Shown: one piece after another, positions 16,700 through 26,336 of the stretch
How positions within the stretch are numbered: position 1 is the first letter of the stretch
Layout of the letters: the number at the start of each line of letters is the position of its first letter
DNA from: Candidatus Moraniibacteriota bacterium
Lineage (GTDB): Bacteria; Patescibacteriota; Minisyncoccia; Moranbacterales; JAPLXC01
Assembly (NCBI GenBank): GCA_026396275.1
Contig: JAPLXC010000002.1
Location: forward strand, 74,922-138,921
Reading direction: 5' to 3'
Length of the DNA stretch: 64,000 nucleotides
Notes under the pieces: generated by a model
Told to the model about the DNA's origin: nothing
Database searches by the model: none
What the model saw: the letters and a program-made list of their open reading frames with translations, nothing else
Translations under genes and position numbers: made by a program

Positions 16700-16816
16700 A
16701 AAATTAAATCCAAATTTCAAAATCCAAATTTCAAATGAATTTAAAAATCCAAATTTTTAAAATTTTTTCATTTGAGTTTGATTTGAAATTTAAACTTTGG
16801 ATTTTGATTTTTTCGG

Positions 16817-18592
16817 TTAAAGCGTTCTTCTCTTCTCCTCTTCCTTATACACAATCAAAGCATCTCCCTCTTTAATCTTCACGTCTCCTTCAAAAGTGAT
16901 TCCGCATTCATTGCCCTGACTGACTTCATCAGTGTTCGCTTTATTTTGCTGAAGATTAGCTAATTTTCCTCTTCCAATTATTTCGCCGTCTCTTTTTACT
17001 TCAATCAGGGAGCCCTTTATTAATTTCCCTTCAGTTACTCTTCCTCCCACGATCATGTCGCGCTTGCCGGTTTTAAAAATTGCTAAAACATTTAACCTTC
17101 CTAAGTCCTCCCGGATAACTTCCGGCGGAAGCATATCAGCCATTTTGTTTTTTACGTCCTGAACAAGCTCATAAATAATTTTGAAGGACTTAATCTCCGT
17201 GCCGCTGGTTTCGGCCAGGCGCTTTGCCACTGGAGTGGCTTCTACGTTAAAACCATAAATTATAGCACTGGCGCTTTCAGCTAATTTTACGTCCGATTCA
17301 GTAATATTTCCCACGCCAGTACCAATATATTCAATTGACAGTTCTTCTGATTTAATTGCTTTCAAAATTTGTTCAACGGCTTCAAGCGACCCTTGGACAT
17401 CGGCCTTAATAACCAGGTTGAGTTTTTTTATTCCGGCTTCTTCCCTTTCTTGTTTTAATTTGGCTTTATCGCTTATCAATTTTCCGGCCAATTCCTTTGA
17501 TTTAAGCCGCGCTGCTGATTTCCCGCTCATTACCTGAAGAATATCGTTGGTCTGGGGCGTGGAATTTAGCCCCATGATCATAACTGGAGTTGACGGTCCG
17601 GCGCTCATAATGTTTCTTCCGATATAGTCCTCCATTTTTCTTATTCGTCCAAAACTTCCTCCAGCCACAACGTCCTGACCGATTTTAAGCGTTCCTGTTT
17701 TAATCAGGACTATTGCAACGGGACCCTTTTGTGGGTCAAGATGAGCTTCAAGGACAACAGCTAGGCCATCACGCTTTGAATCAGCTTTAAAATCCTCAAC
17801 TTCAGCCAGGAGAATAATTTTTTCCAGAAGTTCGTCAATGCCAATATTTTTCTTGGCGCTGATTTCAGCACTCATAATCTCCCCGCTCCACTCTTCAAGA
17901 AGAATTCCATTGTCAGCCAATTCCTGCTTCACTTTCGCAATATTAGCTCCTGGTTTATCAATTTTGTTAACAGCGACAATTGTTGGAATCTTTTTTTCTT
18001 TCAGGTATTCAATGACTTCTTTGGTTTGAGGGCGGACTCCGTCGTCAGCGGCCACCACCAGGACGGCGATATCCGCGATGCTAACGCCGCGCTCCCGCAT
18101 GGCAGAGAATGCTTCATGCCCGGGAGTATCAACAAAAGTGATGGTAATCCCCTTTTTCTTTACTTGGTAAGCGCTGATATGCTGGGTAATTCCTCCGGCT
18201 TCACCGGCCACCACGTTAGTTTTTCGGATTGTATCAAGCAGAGTCGTTTTTCCGTGATCCACATGTCCTAATATGGTAACCACCGGCGGGCGCGGCTGGA
18301 GATTTTTTCCCGATTCTTTTTCTTTGCGACAGATTTCAACCAGTTTTTCAAGAGTGATTACATCGGCGGCGGAGGACTCCAGGTCTTCTTCGGTTTTAAA
18401 CCCCAGATCCTGGGCAATAATACTGGCTGTTTCAAAGTCAATTTCCTCATTGATGGTCGCCAGTATTTTGTTTTTCAAAAGTTCCATAATAATCCGGGAA
18501 ACAGGGAATCCCAGCAACTCGCTAAAGCGCTTGACTGTAACCGATGACGGAATTCTTACCGTCTTTTCAGTTGTTGATTTTTGAATTTCCAT
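16817..18592 (-). CDS. infB: Translation initiation factor IF-2 (short N-terminus)
   Basis: RPPVVTILGHVDHGKTTLLD, GGITQHI, DTPGHEAF, KADVQGSLEA. Confidence 0.97.
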   Translation of the reverse strand: MEIQKSTTEKTVRIPSSVTVKRFSELLGFPVSRIIMELLKNKILATINEEIDFETASIIAQDLGFKTEEDLESSAADVITLEKLVEICRKEKESGKNLQPRPPVVTILGHVDHGKTTLLDTIRKTNVVAGEAGGITQHISAYQVKKKGITITFVDTPGHEAFSAMRERGVSIADIAVLVVAADDGVRPQTKEVIEYLKEKKIPTIVAVNKIDKPGANIAKVKQELADNGILLEEWSGEIMSAEISAKKNIGIDELLEKIILLAEVEDFKADSKRDGLAVVLEAHLDPQKGPVAIVLIKTGTLKIGQDVVAGGSFGRIRKMEDYIGRNIMSAGPSTPVMIMGLNSTPQTNDILQVMSGKSAARLKSKELAGKLISDKAKLKQEREEAGIKKLNLVIKADVQGSLEAVEQILKAIKSEELSIEYIGTGVGNITESDVKLAESASAIIYGFNVEATPVAKRLAETSGTEIKSFKIIYELVQDVKNKMADMLPPEVIREDLGRLNVLAIFKTGKRDMIVGGRVTEGKLIKGSLIEVKRDGEIIGRGKLANLQQNKANTDEVSQGNECGITFEGDVKIKEGDALIVYKEEEKRRTL

Positions 18593-18596
18593 AATT

Positions 18597-19103
18597 CTAA
18601 ACTTTTTCTTCTTTAATCGGGCTGGCGATTTTTATCGCTTGTTTTTCTTCTTCCGTCAGCGGATATTTTTTGGACTCTCCCCTGATAACGGGCTTAGCGT
18701 ATACCCGAGTTCCTTCCCGGGTATGAAGAGAAGAAATTACAATGCCGGAATTTTTTCCATCAAGAAGCGCAATAGCAAAACTCTGATCTCCGCCTATATC
18801 TTTGAAAGGATTAAAACGAATCACTCCTATTTTATGCAGTCCCCGAAATGAAAGCGCGTTGATTTTATTTGATATTTCGAAAAGTTCCTGAATTTCTTTG
18901 TCCAGTTCTTTAAGGGATTTTGAGTGACTGGCGATAAGCGCTTCCAGGTTTTGACCGTCTTTTCCGGCGAAAAATAATTCACTTCTTTTGTTTATTGATC
19001 TTATTTGTAATAGGTTAAAAATGCCAAAGACAATGGCAAGAATTCCCAAAGACAGGGTGCTTATTATCAGTATTGTTATATTGGATTGGACCCAGTCATT
19101 CAT
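18597..19103 (-). CDS. DUF4446-like membrane-anchored protein
   Basis: N-terminal TM; RFNPFKDIGGDQSFAIALLD...RVYAKP...LTEEE. Confidence 0.8.
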   Translation of the reverse strand: MNDWVQSNITILIISTLSLGILAIVFGIFNLLQIRSINKRSELFFAGKDGQNLEALIASHSKSLKELDKEIQELFEISNKINALSFRGLHKIGVIRFNPFKDIGGDQSFAIALLDGKNSGIVISSLHTREGTRVYAKPVIRGESKKYPLTEEEKQAIKIASPIKEEKV

Positions 19104-19183
19104 AACGTTTTTGATAACTAGAGCTTATTTCACGTTAGCATTTATTTCCCCTTGTGTAAAGAAAAAAAGGCAAATGGCGGTTT

Positions 19184-19289
19184 TTCTAGAACCCGTAAGA
19201 AAGCGGAGGGTACAGGAGTTGAACCCGTAATCCGCTAGGCGGGAAACCGCATTTTCCGCCAAAGGTGGACCAGCCGTTGGCTGGCGAGT
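19184..19289 (-). pseudogene. Partial tRNA-Ser relic (3' half) with an element end
   Basis: 19184-19228 is a diverged copy of 19632-19676; the anticodon loop is interrupted by a CCGCCAAAGGTGG...CCAGCCGTTGGCTGG hairpin. Confidence 0.55.
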
Positions 19290-19347
19290 TATATAAGCGA
19301 AAGAGGTGAGATTTTCACCCCGCACCTATAAAAATTTTATAAATTTG

Positions 19348-19580
19348 CGGCGGGAGAGGGATTCGAACCCCCGGTACCCTTTCGGATACACCTGATTTCG
19401 AGTTCCCGCACAAAGCGGAAGGAGTGAGATTCGAACTCACGGTCCCGTTTCCGAGACACCGCATTTCGAGTGCGGCCCATTCAACCACTCTGGCATCCTT
19501 CCACTATATGCGGGACGCAGCAGGCCTACGTGTCCCGCACCAATTTTTGGTGCGGGATTCAACCACTCTGGCATCCCGCC
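19348..19580 (-). pseudogene. Middle tRNA-Ser(CGA), split by two TCCCGCA...TGCGGGA elements
   Basis: GGCGGGA/TCCCGCC acceptor; CCTGA-CTCGAAA-TCAGG arm restored by removing about 19404-19520; second hairpin about 19526-19557. Confidence 0.8.
19416..19502 (-). tRNA. tRNA-Ser(CGA), intact innermost copy
   Basis: GGAAGGA/TCCTTCC acceptor; CCGCA-CTCGAAA-TGCGG anticodon arm; long variable arm; G discriminator. Confidence 0.93.
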
Positions 19581-19651
19581 AAAATTTTGGTGCGGGGCGG
19601 GCTCACAAAGGGATTGCTCCCTTACGGCTTTTTCTCGACCCCGTAAGAAAG

Positions 19652-19738
19652 CGAAGGGTATAAGAGTTGAACCTGTGAGGGGATTGCTCCCCAACCGCAT
19701 TTCGAGTGCGGCGCATTAGACCACTCTGCCAACCCCCC
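19652..19738 (-). tRNA. tRNA-Ser(CGA), uninterrupted but degenerate (probable pseudo-tRNA), nested
   Basis: Anticodon arm intact; acceptor GGGGGGT/ACCCTTC has G-U pairs; T stem ACAGG/CTTAT is mismatched; flanked by CCCCGTA.../...TACGGGG. Confidence 0.6.
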
Positions 19739-19918
19739 GCTTCTCTACGGGGCGAGGCCGCTTCCTTTATTGAATCTCGGCCACTCTTCCAATTATATAA
19801 TAGCAGATTCAGGATGATCCCGCCTAGTGGGATCATTTTGCCATTTTTGTTTTTTGTTGTAAAATTGATAATATCTGGGAAATAATGATTACCTCTATTT
19901 TTTAAGTGGTGCTAATTT

Positions 19919-20473
19919 ATGCAAACCGGATCTTCCGCAATTGAGAGATTTATTAACCCCCTGTCTATTATCAGACAACTGGATGTCGTTCCGGGAAATG
20001 TGGTGGCTGACTTTGGTTGCGGAGCCGGATATTTTTCAATACCTTTCGCTCAAAAAATAGGAAAAGAAGGGAAGGTGTACTGTCTAGATGTATTGCCGCA
20101 GGCGCTGGAGGCGGTGGAAAGCCGGGCCAAGATAATGGGAATCACCAATATTATTACCCGACGGGTGAATCTGGAAAACAAGCAGGGATCGAAACTCGAT
20201 AAAGAAAGCGTTGACTGGGTAGTGCTGAAAGATATTCTTTTTCAAAACCAGCAAAAAGAAGCTATTATTGAAGAGGTACATCGGGTGCTAAAACCCCAGG
20301 GAAAAACACTGATAGTGGAATGGAATGATAAAGATTTTTCAATCGGGCCGGATAAAAAATTGAGAGTGTCACTGAAGACATTGTCGAAGACGGTAGGAAA
20401 GCATAAATTTTCCATTGAGAAAGTGCTGGAAGCCGGCAATTTTCATTACGCGATGGTTTTAGCAAAGCACTAA
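19919..20473 (+). CDS. Class I SAM-dependent methyltransferase
   Basis: VADFGCGAGYF; RVLKPQG. Confidence 0.85.
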   Translation: MQTGSSAIERFINPLSIIRQLDVVPGNVVADFGCGAGYFSIPFAQKIGKEGKVYCLDVLPQALEAVESRAKIMGITNIITRRVNLENKQGSKLDKESVDWVVLKDILFQNQQKEAIIEEVHRVLKPQGKTLIVEWNDKDFSIGPDKKLRVSLKTLSKTVGKHKFSIEKVLEAGNFHYAMVLAKH

Positions 20474-20538
20474 AGCATCTAATCCAAAAAATTAGCAAAT
20501 GCGGATAGTAACTCTTTAACATTTTCGTTCTAAAAACG

Positions 20539-21954
20539 ATGCAATCAAAAATAAAAATACTGGTAGCTTTCATAGTCCTTACTTCTTTGTTTTTTTTCTC
20601 GGGTTGCTTGAAGAAAAAGGAAACCGTTTATAAAGTTAATCTGGAAATCTGGGGCGTTTTTGACAACTCCGATGCCTATGGAAAAATTGCCCAAGCATAC
20701 CGGGAAATAAATCCTTTTGTCGGTGAAATAAAATACCGCAAGTTCGAGGCGGATAATTACAAGAGAGATCTTCTTGACGCTCTGGCTTCCGGACAGGGGC
20801 CGGACATTTTTTTCTTCCACAATACTTGGCTTCCTTCTTTTGCTGATAAAGTCGAGCCGGCTCCCGATTGGCTTCTGGGAGAGCAGGAATTTCGTCAAAA
20901 TTTTGTGGATGTAGCCGCTAATGATTTTTTGGACAAAAGCAAAGTATACGCCGTGCCGCTAAGCGTTGATTCACTGGCACTTTACTATAATAAAGATTTA
21001 TTCAATGCGGAAGGAATTACCTCCCCTCCTGCCACCTGGAAAGAGTTAGTAGAAGATGTTAAACGGCTTACCAAAATCGATCAGTTTGGAAACATCGTCC
21101 AGCAGGGAGCGGCTCTGGGAACAGCTTACAATATCAATCGGTCCACCGATGTTCTGGGTTTGATAATGATGCAAAAAGGTGCCCAAATGATCAATGAAGA
21201 CAGAACTCAAGCTGCCTTTGGCTATCCTGTTACCGTTGGCGAAAAATCCATTCAAGCGGGAGAAGAAGCATTTGATTTTTACACGCAGTTTGCCCGCTCC
21301 AGCTCGCCCCAATACGGCTGGAATTCGCGGATGCATTATTCCATTGATTCTTTTTTTGAAGGAACAGCCGCGATGATGATCAACTATTCTTGGCACTATC
21401 CGACCATCAAAAGCAAAAATTCAAAGCTGAATTTTGCTGTTGCTCCCGTTCCTCAATTCCAGGGAACCCCTCCGGTCAATTACGCTAATTACTGGGGGCT
21501 GGCGGTGGCTAAAAATAAAATAATTTCTTCTCCTTCTAATCCGCAATTGACAGGAAGTGAAGAAGTGGTGCCGGACAACAAAGTGCGTATTCATGAGGCC
21601 TGGCAATTTTTGAAATTTTTGGCGATAAGAAACAACGGAAAAATTACTCTGGTAAACGGCATCACCGGAAACAGCAAGGAATTCCCCGTCAGCATTGATC
21701 CGGTGGTTGAATACCTGAAAGAAACCGGAAATCCGGCGGCGCGAAGGGACATTATTGAAAAACAAAAAAGCGACCCAATTCTCGGCTCCTTTGTTTATGG
21801 CAATTTAATCGCCAAAAACTGGTATCAAACCGAACCGGAAGCCATTGAAACAATACTGGCCGAAGCCATTGATTCGGTTAACCGGGGAAAGATGACTGTC
21901 CGCGACGCGCTGGAGCTGGCCGAAACGCGAGTGAGCCAGCTAATGAGAAAGTAA
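20539..21954 (+). CDS. Extracellular solute-binding lipoprotein (carbohydrate ABC family 1-like)
   Basis: Lipobox-like FSGC; GPDIF, YAVPLSVDSLALYYNKDLF, PPATW. Confidence 0.85.
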   Translation: MQSKIKILVAFIVLTSLFFFSGCLKKKETVYKVNLEIWGVFDNSDAYGKIAQAYREINPFVGEIKYRKFEADNYKRDLLDALASGQGPDIFFFHNTWLPSFADKVEPAPDWLLGEQEFRQNFVDVAANDFLDKSKVYAVPLSVDSLALYYNKDLFNAEGITSPPATWKELVEDVKRLTKIDQFGNIVQQGAALGTAYNINRSTDVLGLIMMQKGAQMINEDRTQAAFGYPVTVGEKSIQAGEEAFDFYTQFARSSSPQYGWNSRMHYSIDSFFEGTAAMMINYSWHYPTIKSKNSKLNFAVAPVPQFQGTPPVNYANYWGLAVAKNKIISSPSNPQLTGSEEVVPDNKVRIHEAWQFLKFLAIRNNGKITLVNGITGNSKEFPVSIDPVVEYLKETGNPAARRDIIEKQKSDPILGSFVYGNLIAKNWYQTEPEAIETILAEAIDSVNRGKMTVRDALELAETRVSQLMRK

Positions 21955-21997
21955 TTTTTCTTTATTGCTAATAATTATTAATATCAACTAATTCCCT

Positions 21998-22609
21998 ATG
22001 AATTTTAAAAAATATTATTTAATAGCGACTGCCAGTGTTATTCTCGCCTTAATTTTTCCTTTTGTTTCTTTAGCCCAATGCAAGGCGGAAGGAAATGTAA
22101 TAGAGTTTTGCAATCCTCTCCGGTTCAACACGGTGCAGGAAGTTTTAGCGAGCTTAATGGCTTCCCTTCAAGGAGTAATTGTAGTCATCTCTATTATTTT
22201 CATAATTATCGGGGCGGTGTTTTACATTACTTCGGGCGGGAGCGAAGATCGGATAAAAACCGCCAAGAAAGCCATTCTTGCCTCAATGATCGGACTAGCT
22301 ATTGGAATTGCGGCACCGACATTCCTAAAGGAAATATCAAGCATCTTAGGATGGACAAATCAGCCACCGGAGTTACAACAGGCGAAAAGCATTGCCGAAA
22401 TAGCTCTTAGTGTCCTGAATTTTCTTCTGGGAATTGTCGGGGCTCTGGCGCTCATTATGATGATAATTGGGGGAATTATGTATCTCACCGCAGCGGGAAA
22501 CGAGGACCGAATTGATGCAGGCAAAAAGATTTTCAAGTTTTCCCTAATTGGAATTGCCGTGGCGCTGGCATCGCTGGTTATTATCAGACAAATTGCCTTG
22601 TTTTTTTAA
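21998..22609 (+). CDS. Tandem VirB2/TrbC-like pilin
   Basis: Signal peptide followed by two TM-Y(I/L)T(S/A)xG.EDRI..(A/G)KK-TM units. Confidence 0.75.
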   Translation: MNFKKYYLIATASVILALIFPFVSLAQCKAEGNVIEFCNPLRFNTVQEVLASLMASLQGVIVVISIIFIIIGAVFYITSGGSEDRIKTAKKAILASMIGLAIGIAAPTFLKEISSILGWTNQPPELQQAKSIAEIALSVLNFLLGIVGALALIMMIIGGIMYLTAAGNEDRIDAGKKIFKFSLIGIAVALASLVIIRQIALFF

Positions 22610-22641
22610 TCAATATTTTTTAACGCAAAGAATTTAGACCA

Positions 22642-23097
22642 ATGCTATTCAATGTTCCCCAATTTATTGATGTGGAAGACAAAGTGGCCGGTCCCTTCAC
22701 GGCCAAGCAGCTTCTTTGGATGTTTGGAATGGGCGCGGTACTGCTAGTGCTCTGGAACATACTTGAAAAACCGGCTTTTTTTGTTTCCGCTGTTCCGATA
22801 GTTGCTCTTTTTATGGCTTTGGCTTTTTATCGCCCCTATAACCAGCCACTAATAAGATTTATTCTTTTTTCTTTACTGTTCCTTTTCCGCCCCAAGGTGT
22901 ATGTGTGGAAAAGAATTCCTCATAAAATAGCATCTCAGGCAGGAAAGAAAAAAACGCCTGCTACGATGGAAAAAGAAAAAAAGAAAATGCTCAATCCGGA
23001 AAATATAGAAGCGTTAGCGCGAGTGCTGGACAGCGAGGGCAGGGAACGGAATGAAAAAATTATGGAGATAATAAAGAGAAATCAAAAATCAAAATGA
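22642..23097 (+). CDS. PrgI family (VirB3-like) protein
   Basis: VPQFIDVEDKVAGPFTAKQ, two TMs, PKVYVWK. Confidence 0.8.
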   Translation: MLFNVPQFIDVEDKVAGPFTAKQLLWMFGMGAVLLVLWNILEKPAFFVSAVPIVALFMALAFYRPYNQPLIRFILFSLLFLFRPKVYVWKRIPHKIASQAGKKKTPATMEKEKKKMLNPENIEALARVLDSEGRERNEKIMEIIKRNQKSK

Positions 23098-23203
23098 AAA
23101 AATCAAGATTCTAAATCAAAATTAAAAAATTTTTAAGTTCTAAGGTCTCTTAATTTCAATTTTTTATCTTTTTGCATTTTGATATTTGATTTTTAATATT
23201 GCT

Positions 23204-23890
23204 ATGGAGTTACTACATTCGAAAAAATTAACCGCCGGGAGTGGAGCCAGCACGCAAAAGTACGTGGACGTTGAAGAGATTAAAAACGGAGTTATCGTTC
23301 TTAAAAACGGGTCTTTGAGGGCCATTCTTTTGGTCTCTTCCATAAATTTCGAGCTTAAGTCCACGGAAGAGCAGGACGCAATCGTCGGCCAATATCAAAA
23401 CTTCCTTAATTCTCTGGATTTCCCTGTTCAGATTATTGTCAGTTCCCGACGGCTCAATATTGGTCCCTATCTGGATTTTTTAGGGGATAAAGAAAGTCAG
23501 CAGACGAATGAATTATTGCGGCTCCAGATTTCCGAATACATAAACTTCATTAAAAATCTCACCGAGGTCTCCAATATAATGTCCAAGTTTTTCTATATCG
23601 TGATCCCCTTTTCTCCAGTGGAAACAAAAGAAGGAGGGCCTTTCCGGAAACTCACTTCAATGTTCAACCCTCGACAGTCAATACTGCGCAAGCGAGAACT
23701 TTTTGAGACATACGAAAACCAGCTGTGGCAAAGAGTGGATCACGTGGTTGCCGGGCTGAGCGGAACAGGAGTAAAAGTTACTCCTCTGGGTACTGAAGAG
23801 GTAATTGAGCTGCTGTATAATTCCTATAATCCAACAATCTATACCAACTCAATCGTCCGGGAGATTGAAAATATTGAACTAGGAAAATAA
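23204..23890 (+). CDS. VirB4-associated protein (T4SS-like cluster)
   Basis: SINFELKSTEEQDAI...FLNSLDFPVQI; located between PrgI and VirB4. Confidence 0.7.
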   Translation: MELLHSKKLTAGSGASTQKYVDVEEIKNGVIVLKNGSLRAILLVSSINFELKSTEEQDAIVGQYQNFLNSLDFPVQIIVSSRRLNIGPYLDFLGDKESQQTNELLRLQISEYINFIKNLTEVSNIMSKFFYIVIPFSPVETKEGGPFRKLTSMFNPRQSILRKRELFETYENQLWQRVDHVVAGLSGTGVKVTPLGTEEVIELLYNSYNPTIYTNSIVREIENIELGK

Positions 23891-23894
23891 AATT

Positions 23895-25706
23895 ATGTTT
23901 GATCTGGGAAAAAATAAAAAAGAAAAAGACACACTGCTGGAAAGCGAAGAACTTTATCAAGCAGGAGAGGCAACTATTAAGGACTTGATTGCTCCGGCGG
24001 CGGTGAAGATTAATGCCAACTATATCCAAATTGGCGAGACCTACACCCGAACACTTTTTGTCATTACCTACCCCCGTTATCTTCACACTAGCTGGTTTTC
24101 GCCGATTATCAACATTGATTTTCCGCTGGACATCGCCATGTTTATTCATCCGGTTGATACCAACGAAATCCTGAAAACTTTGCGCAAATCCACCACCCGG
24201 GTGCAGTCAGAAATTCACTTGGAGGAAGAAGCCGGAAAAATTCGCGACCCGATTTTGGAAACCGCCCTTCGGGATATTGAGGACTTGCGCGACAAGCTTC
24301 AGCAAGGGACTGAAAAATTCTTTCGATTCGGTCTTTACATGACCGTTTACGGGAAGAGTTATGATGAAGTAAGCAAGATCTGCCAGCAAATTGAGGCCAT
24401 TTTAGAAGCGCAACTGGTTTACGTGAAGCCGGCGGTACTTAAAACCGAACAGGCCTTTTCTTCCACGCTGCCGCTGGCTAACGACGAGCTGGATGTCGGG
24501 AATAATCTCAATACCTCCCCTCTTTCCACCACTTTTCCTTTCGTTTCTTCCGACCTTTCCTCCAATGAAGGAATTCTTTACGGCATCAACCGGCACAACA
24601 ATAGTTTAATTCTTTTTGACCGGTTCAATATGGAGAATGCTAATATGGTGATTTTCGCCAAATCCGGAGCCGGGAAAAGTTATTCCGTGAAACTGGAGGT
24701 GCTGCGCTCGATGATGCTGGGGACAAACGTGATGATTATTGACCCGGAAAACGAATATAAATATCTGTGCGAAACGGTCGGCGGAACCTTTGTTAAAATT
24801 TCTTTGGACTCCCATTTTCACCTCAATCCCTTTGATCTTCCTAAAATCAAAGAAGACGAAGATCCGGAAGGAGTTATCCGCAATACCATCGCTAATATTA
24901 TCGGTCTTCTTCATCTCATGCTCGGATCAGTCACGCCGGAAGAGGATTCAATTTTGGATCGAGCCATTCGAGAGACCTACGCGGTGCGCGACATTACTCC
25001 CCAGAGCAACTTCCAGTCGTTTACTTCCAATTCTTTCCCGACGATGTCCGATCTTTATGAAGTGCTGCGCAATATGGAGGGAGCGGAATCGCTGGCGATG
25101 CGTCTTGAAAAATACACCGAAGGAATTTTTTCCGGCTTTCTCAATAATCCCACCAACGTGAATATTGACAACCAGCTGGTAGTGTTCAACATTCGCGATT
25201 TGGAAGAGGAACTTCGCCCAGTGGCGATGTACGTTGTTTTACAATTCATCTGGAATGAGATGCGTTCGGAGCTAAAGAAGCGTTTAGTAGTAGTGGATGA
25301 GGCCTGGGTAATGATGCAAAATGAAGACGCCGCTTCTTTTATGTTTGGCATTGCCAAAAGGTGCCGCAAGTACTACACGGGACTTACCACTATTACTCAA
25401 GACATTACTGACTTTTTGGCTTCCCGCTACGGAAAGCCGATTGTCACCAACTCCTCGATTCAGTTGCTTCTCCGCCAGTCGCCAGCGGCCATTGAAACAG
25501 TAGTGGAGACGTTTTACCTTACCGATCAGGAGAAATTTCTGCTTTTGGAAAGCAACGTCGGGGAAGGAATATTTTTTGCCGGCACCAAGCATGTGGCGAT
25601 TAAAATCATCGCTTCCTATAGTGAGGATCAGATTATTACTTCCGATCCACGCCAGCTGCTGGAAATAGAGCAAGCCAAAAAAGAATTTGGCGAGGAAAAA
25701 ATGTAG
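23895..25706 (+). CDS. VirB4/TraC-like ATPase
   Basis: AKSGAGKS Walker A, IIDPENEY, VVDEAW, RCRKY, TITQD. Confidence 0.9.
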   Translation: MFDLGKNKKEKDTLLESEELYQAGEATIKDLIAPAAVKINANYIQIGETYTRTLFVITYPRYLHTSWFSPIINIDFPLDIAMFIHPVDTNEILKTLRKSTTRVQSEIHLEEEAGKIRDPILETALRDIEDLRDKLQQGTEKFFRFGLYMTVYGKSYDEVSKICQQIEAILEAQLVYVKPAVLKTEQAFSSTLPLANDELDVGNNLNTSPLSTTFPFVSSDLSSNEGILYGINRHNNSLILFDRFNMENANMVIFAKSGAGKSYSVKLEVLRSMMLGTNVMIIDPENEYKYLCETVGGTFVKISLDSHFHLNPFDLPKIKEDEDPEGVIRNTIANIIGLLHLMLGSVTPEEDSILDRAIRETYAVRDITPQSNFQSFTSNSFPTMSDLYEVLRNMEGAESLAMRLEKYTEGIFSGFLNNPTNVNIDNQLVVFNIRDLEEELRPVAMYVVLQFIWNEMRSELKKRLVVVDEAWVMMQNEDAASFMFGIAKRCRKYYTGLTTITQDITDFLASRYGKPIVTNSSIQLLLRQSPAAIETVVETFYLTDQEKFLLLESNVGEGIFFAGTKHVAIKIIASYSEDQIITSDPRQLLEIEQAKKEFGEEKM

Positions 25707-25722
25707 ATATTGAATTATCTTT

Positions 25723-26253
25723 ATGTCCGAGCATGATCACAGGAGACGTTTGGCAGAAGCCAGAAAAAAATATCAGGATACGAAAAAAATTGCGGCTGAA
25801 GCCAAGACCTTGGTAAAATCCGCCACTCCCTGGGGAGTGTTTTCTTTACTTTCCCAATTTAATTTATTTGCTGACTGGGTCTACGCAGCAGCGCTCGCAG
25901 CAGCTATTTTTAAAGATTTTTTTTTAGACCTTATATTTGGTTTTATTCCTGCTGTTGGAGCAGTAATAACTTGGCTCGTTTCAATTTTTATTTTTTTCAT
26001 GATGATTCTTTCCAATACGCTAGAAAAAGACCGCACTGTCTTTCAGCGAACACTTATAAGATACATAACTCGTTTTCTAATCCTGATCCTAGTTACAATT
26101 TGTGAGTCTATCCCAGCGATAGAAGTATTACCACTGGAGACAATTGGAGTCATTGCAATTTATTTGTTTACTTTAGCAGCTAGGAAAAATGCAGAAGAAG
26201 TTAAAAAGAAAGCAAGGACCGCTCAGGCGTCAATGGAGGAAGAATATGTATAA
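25723..26253 (+). CDS. Hypothetical membrane protein
   Basis: ORF with several hydrophobic segments, in the T4SS-like operon. Confidence 0.7.
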   Translation: MSEHDHRRRLAEARKKYQDTKKIAAEAKTLVKSATPWGVFSLLSQFNLFADWVYAAALAAAIFKDFFLDLIFGFIPAVGAVITWLVSIFIFFMMILSNTLEKDRTVFQRTLIRYITRFLILILVTICESIPAIEVLPLETIGVIAIYLFTLAARKNAEEVKKKARTAQASMEEEYV

Positions 26254-26336
26254 TAAATCAAAAATCAAATATCAAAATGCAAAATTTTATCCTTTTTAAA
26301 TTTTGATTTTTACATTTTGATTTTAGCGCAGCGCTT

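Larger units (their letters stand above)
19298..19790 (-). pseudogene. Outermost tRNA-Ser(CGA) shell with two tRNA-carrying insertions
   Basis: Removing 19314-19597 and 19632-19752 gives GGAAGAG...GCGGC CTCGAAA GCCGT...GTGAG CCCGAAT CTCAC CTCTTTC G (decayed T loop). Confidence 0.78.
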
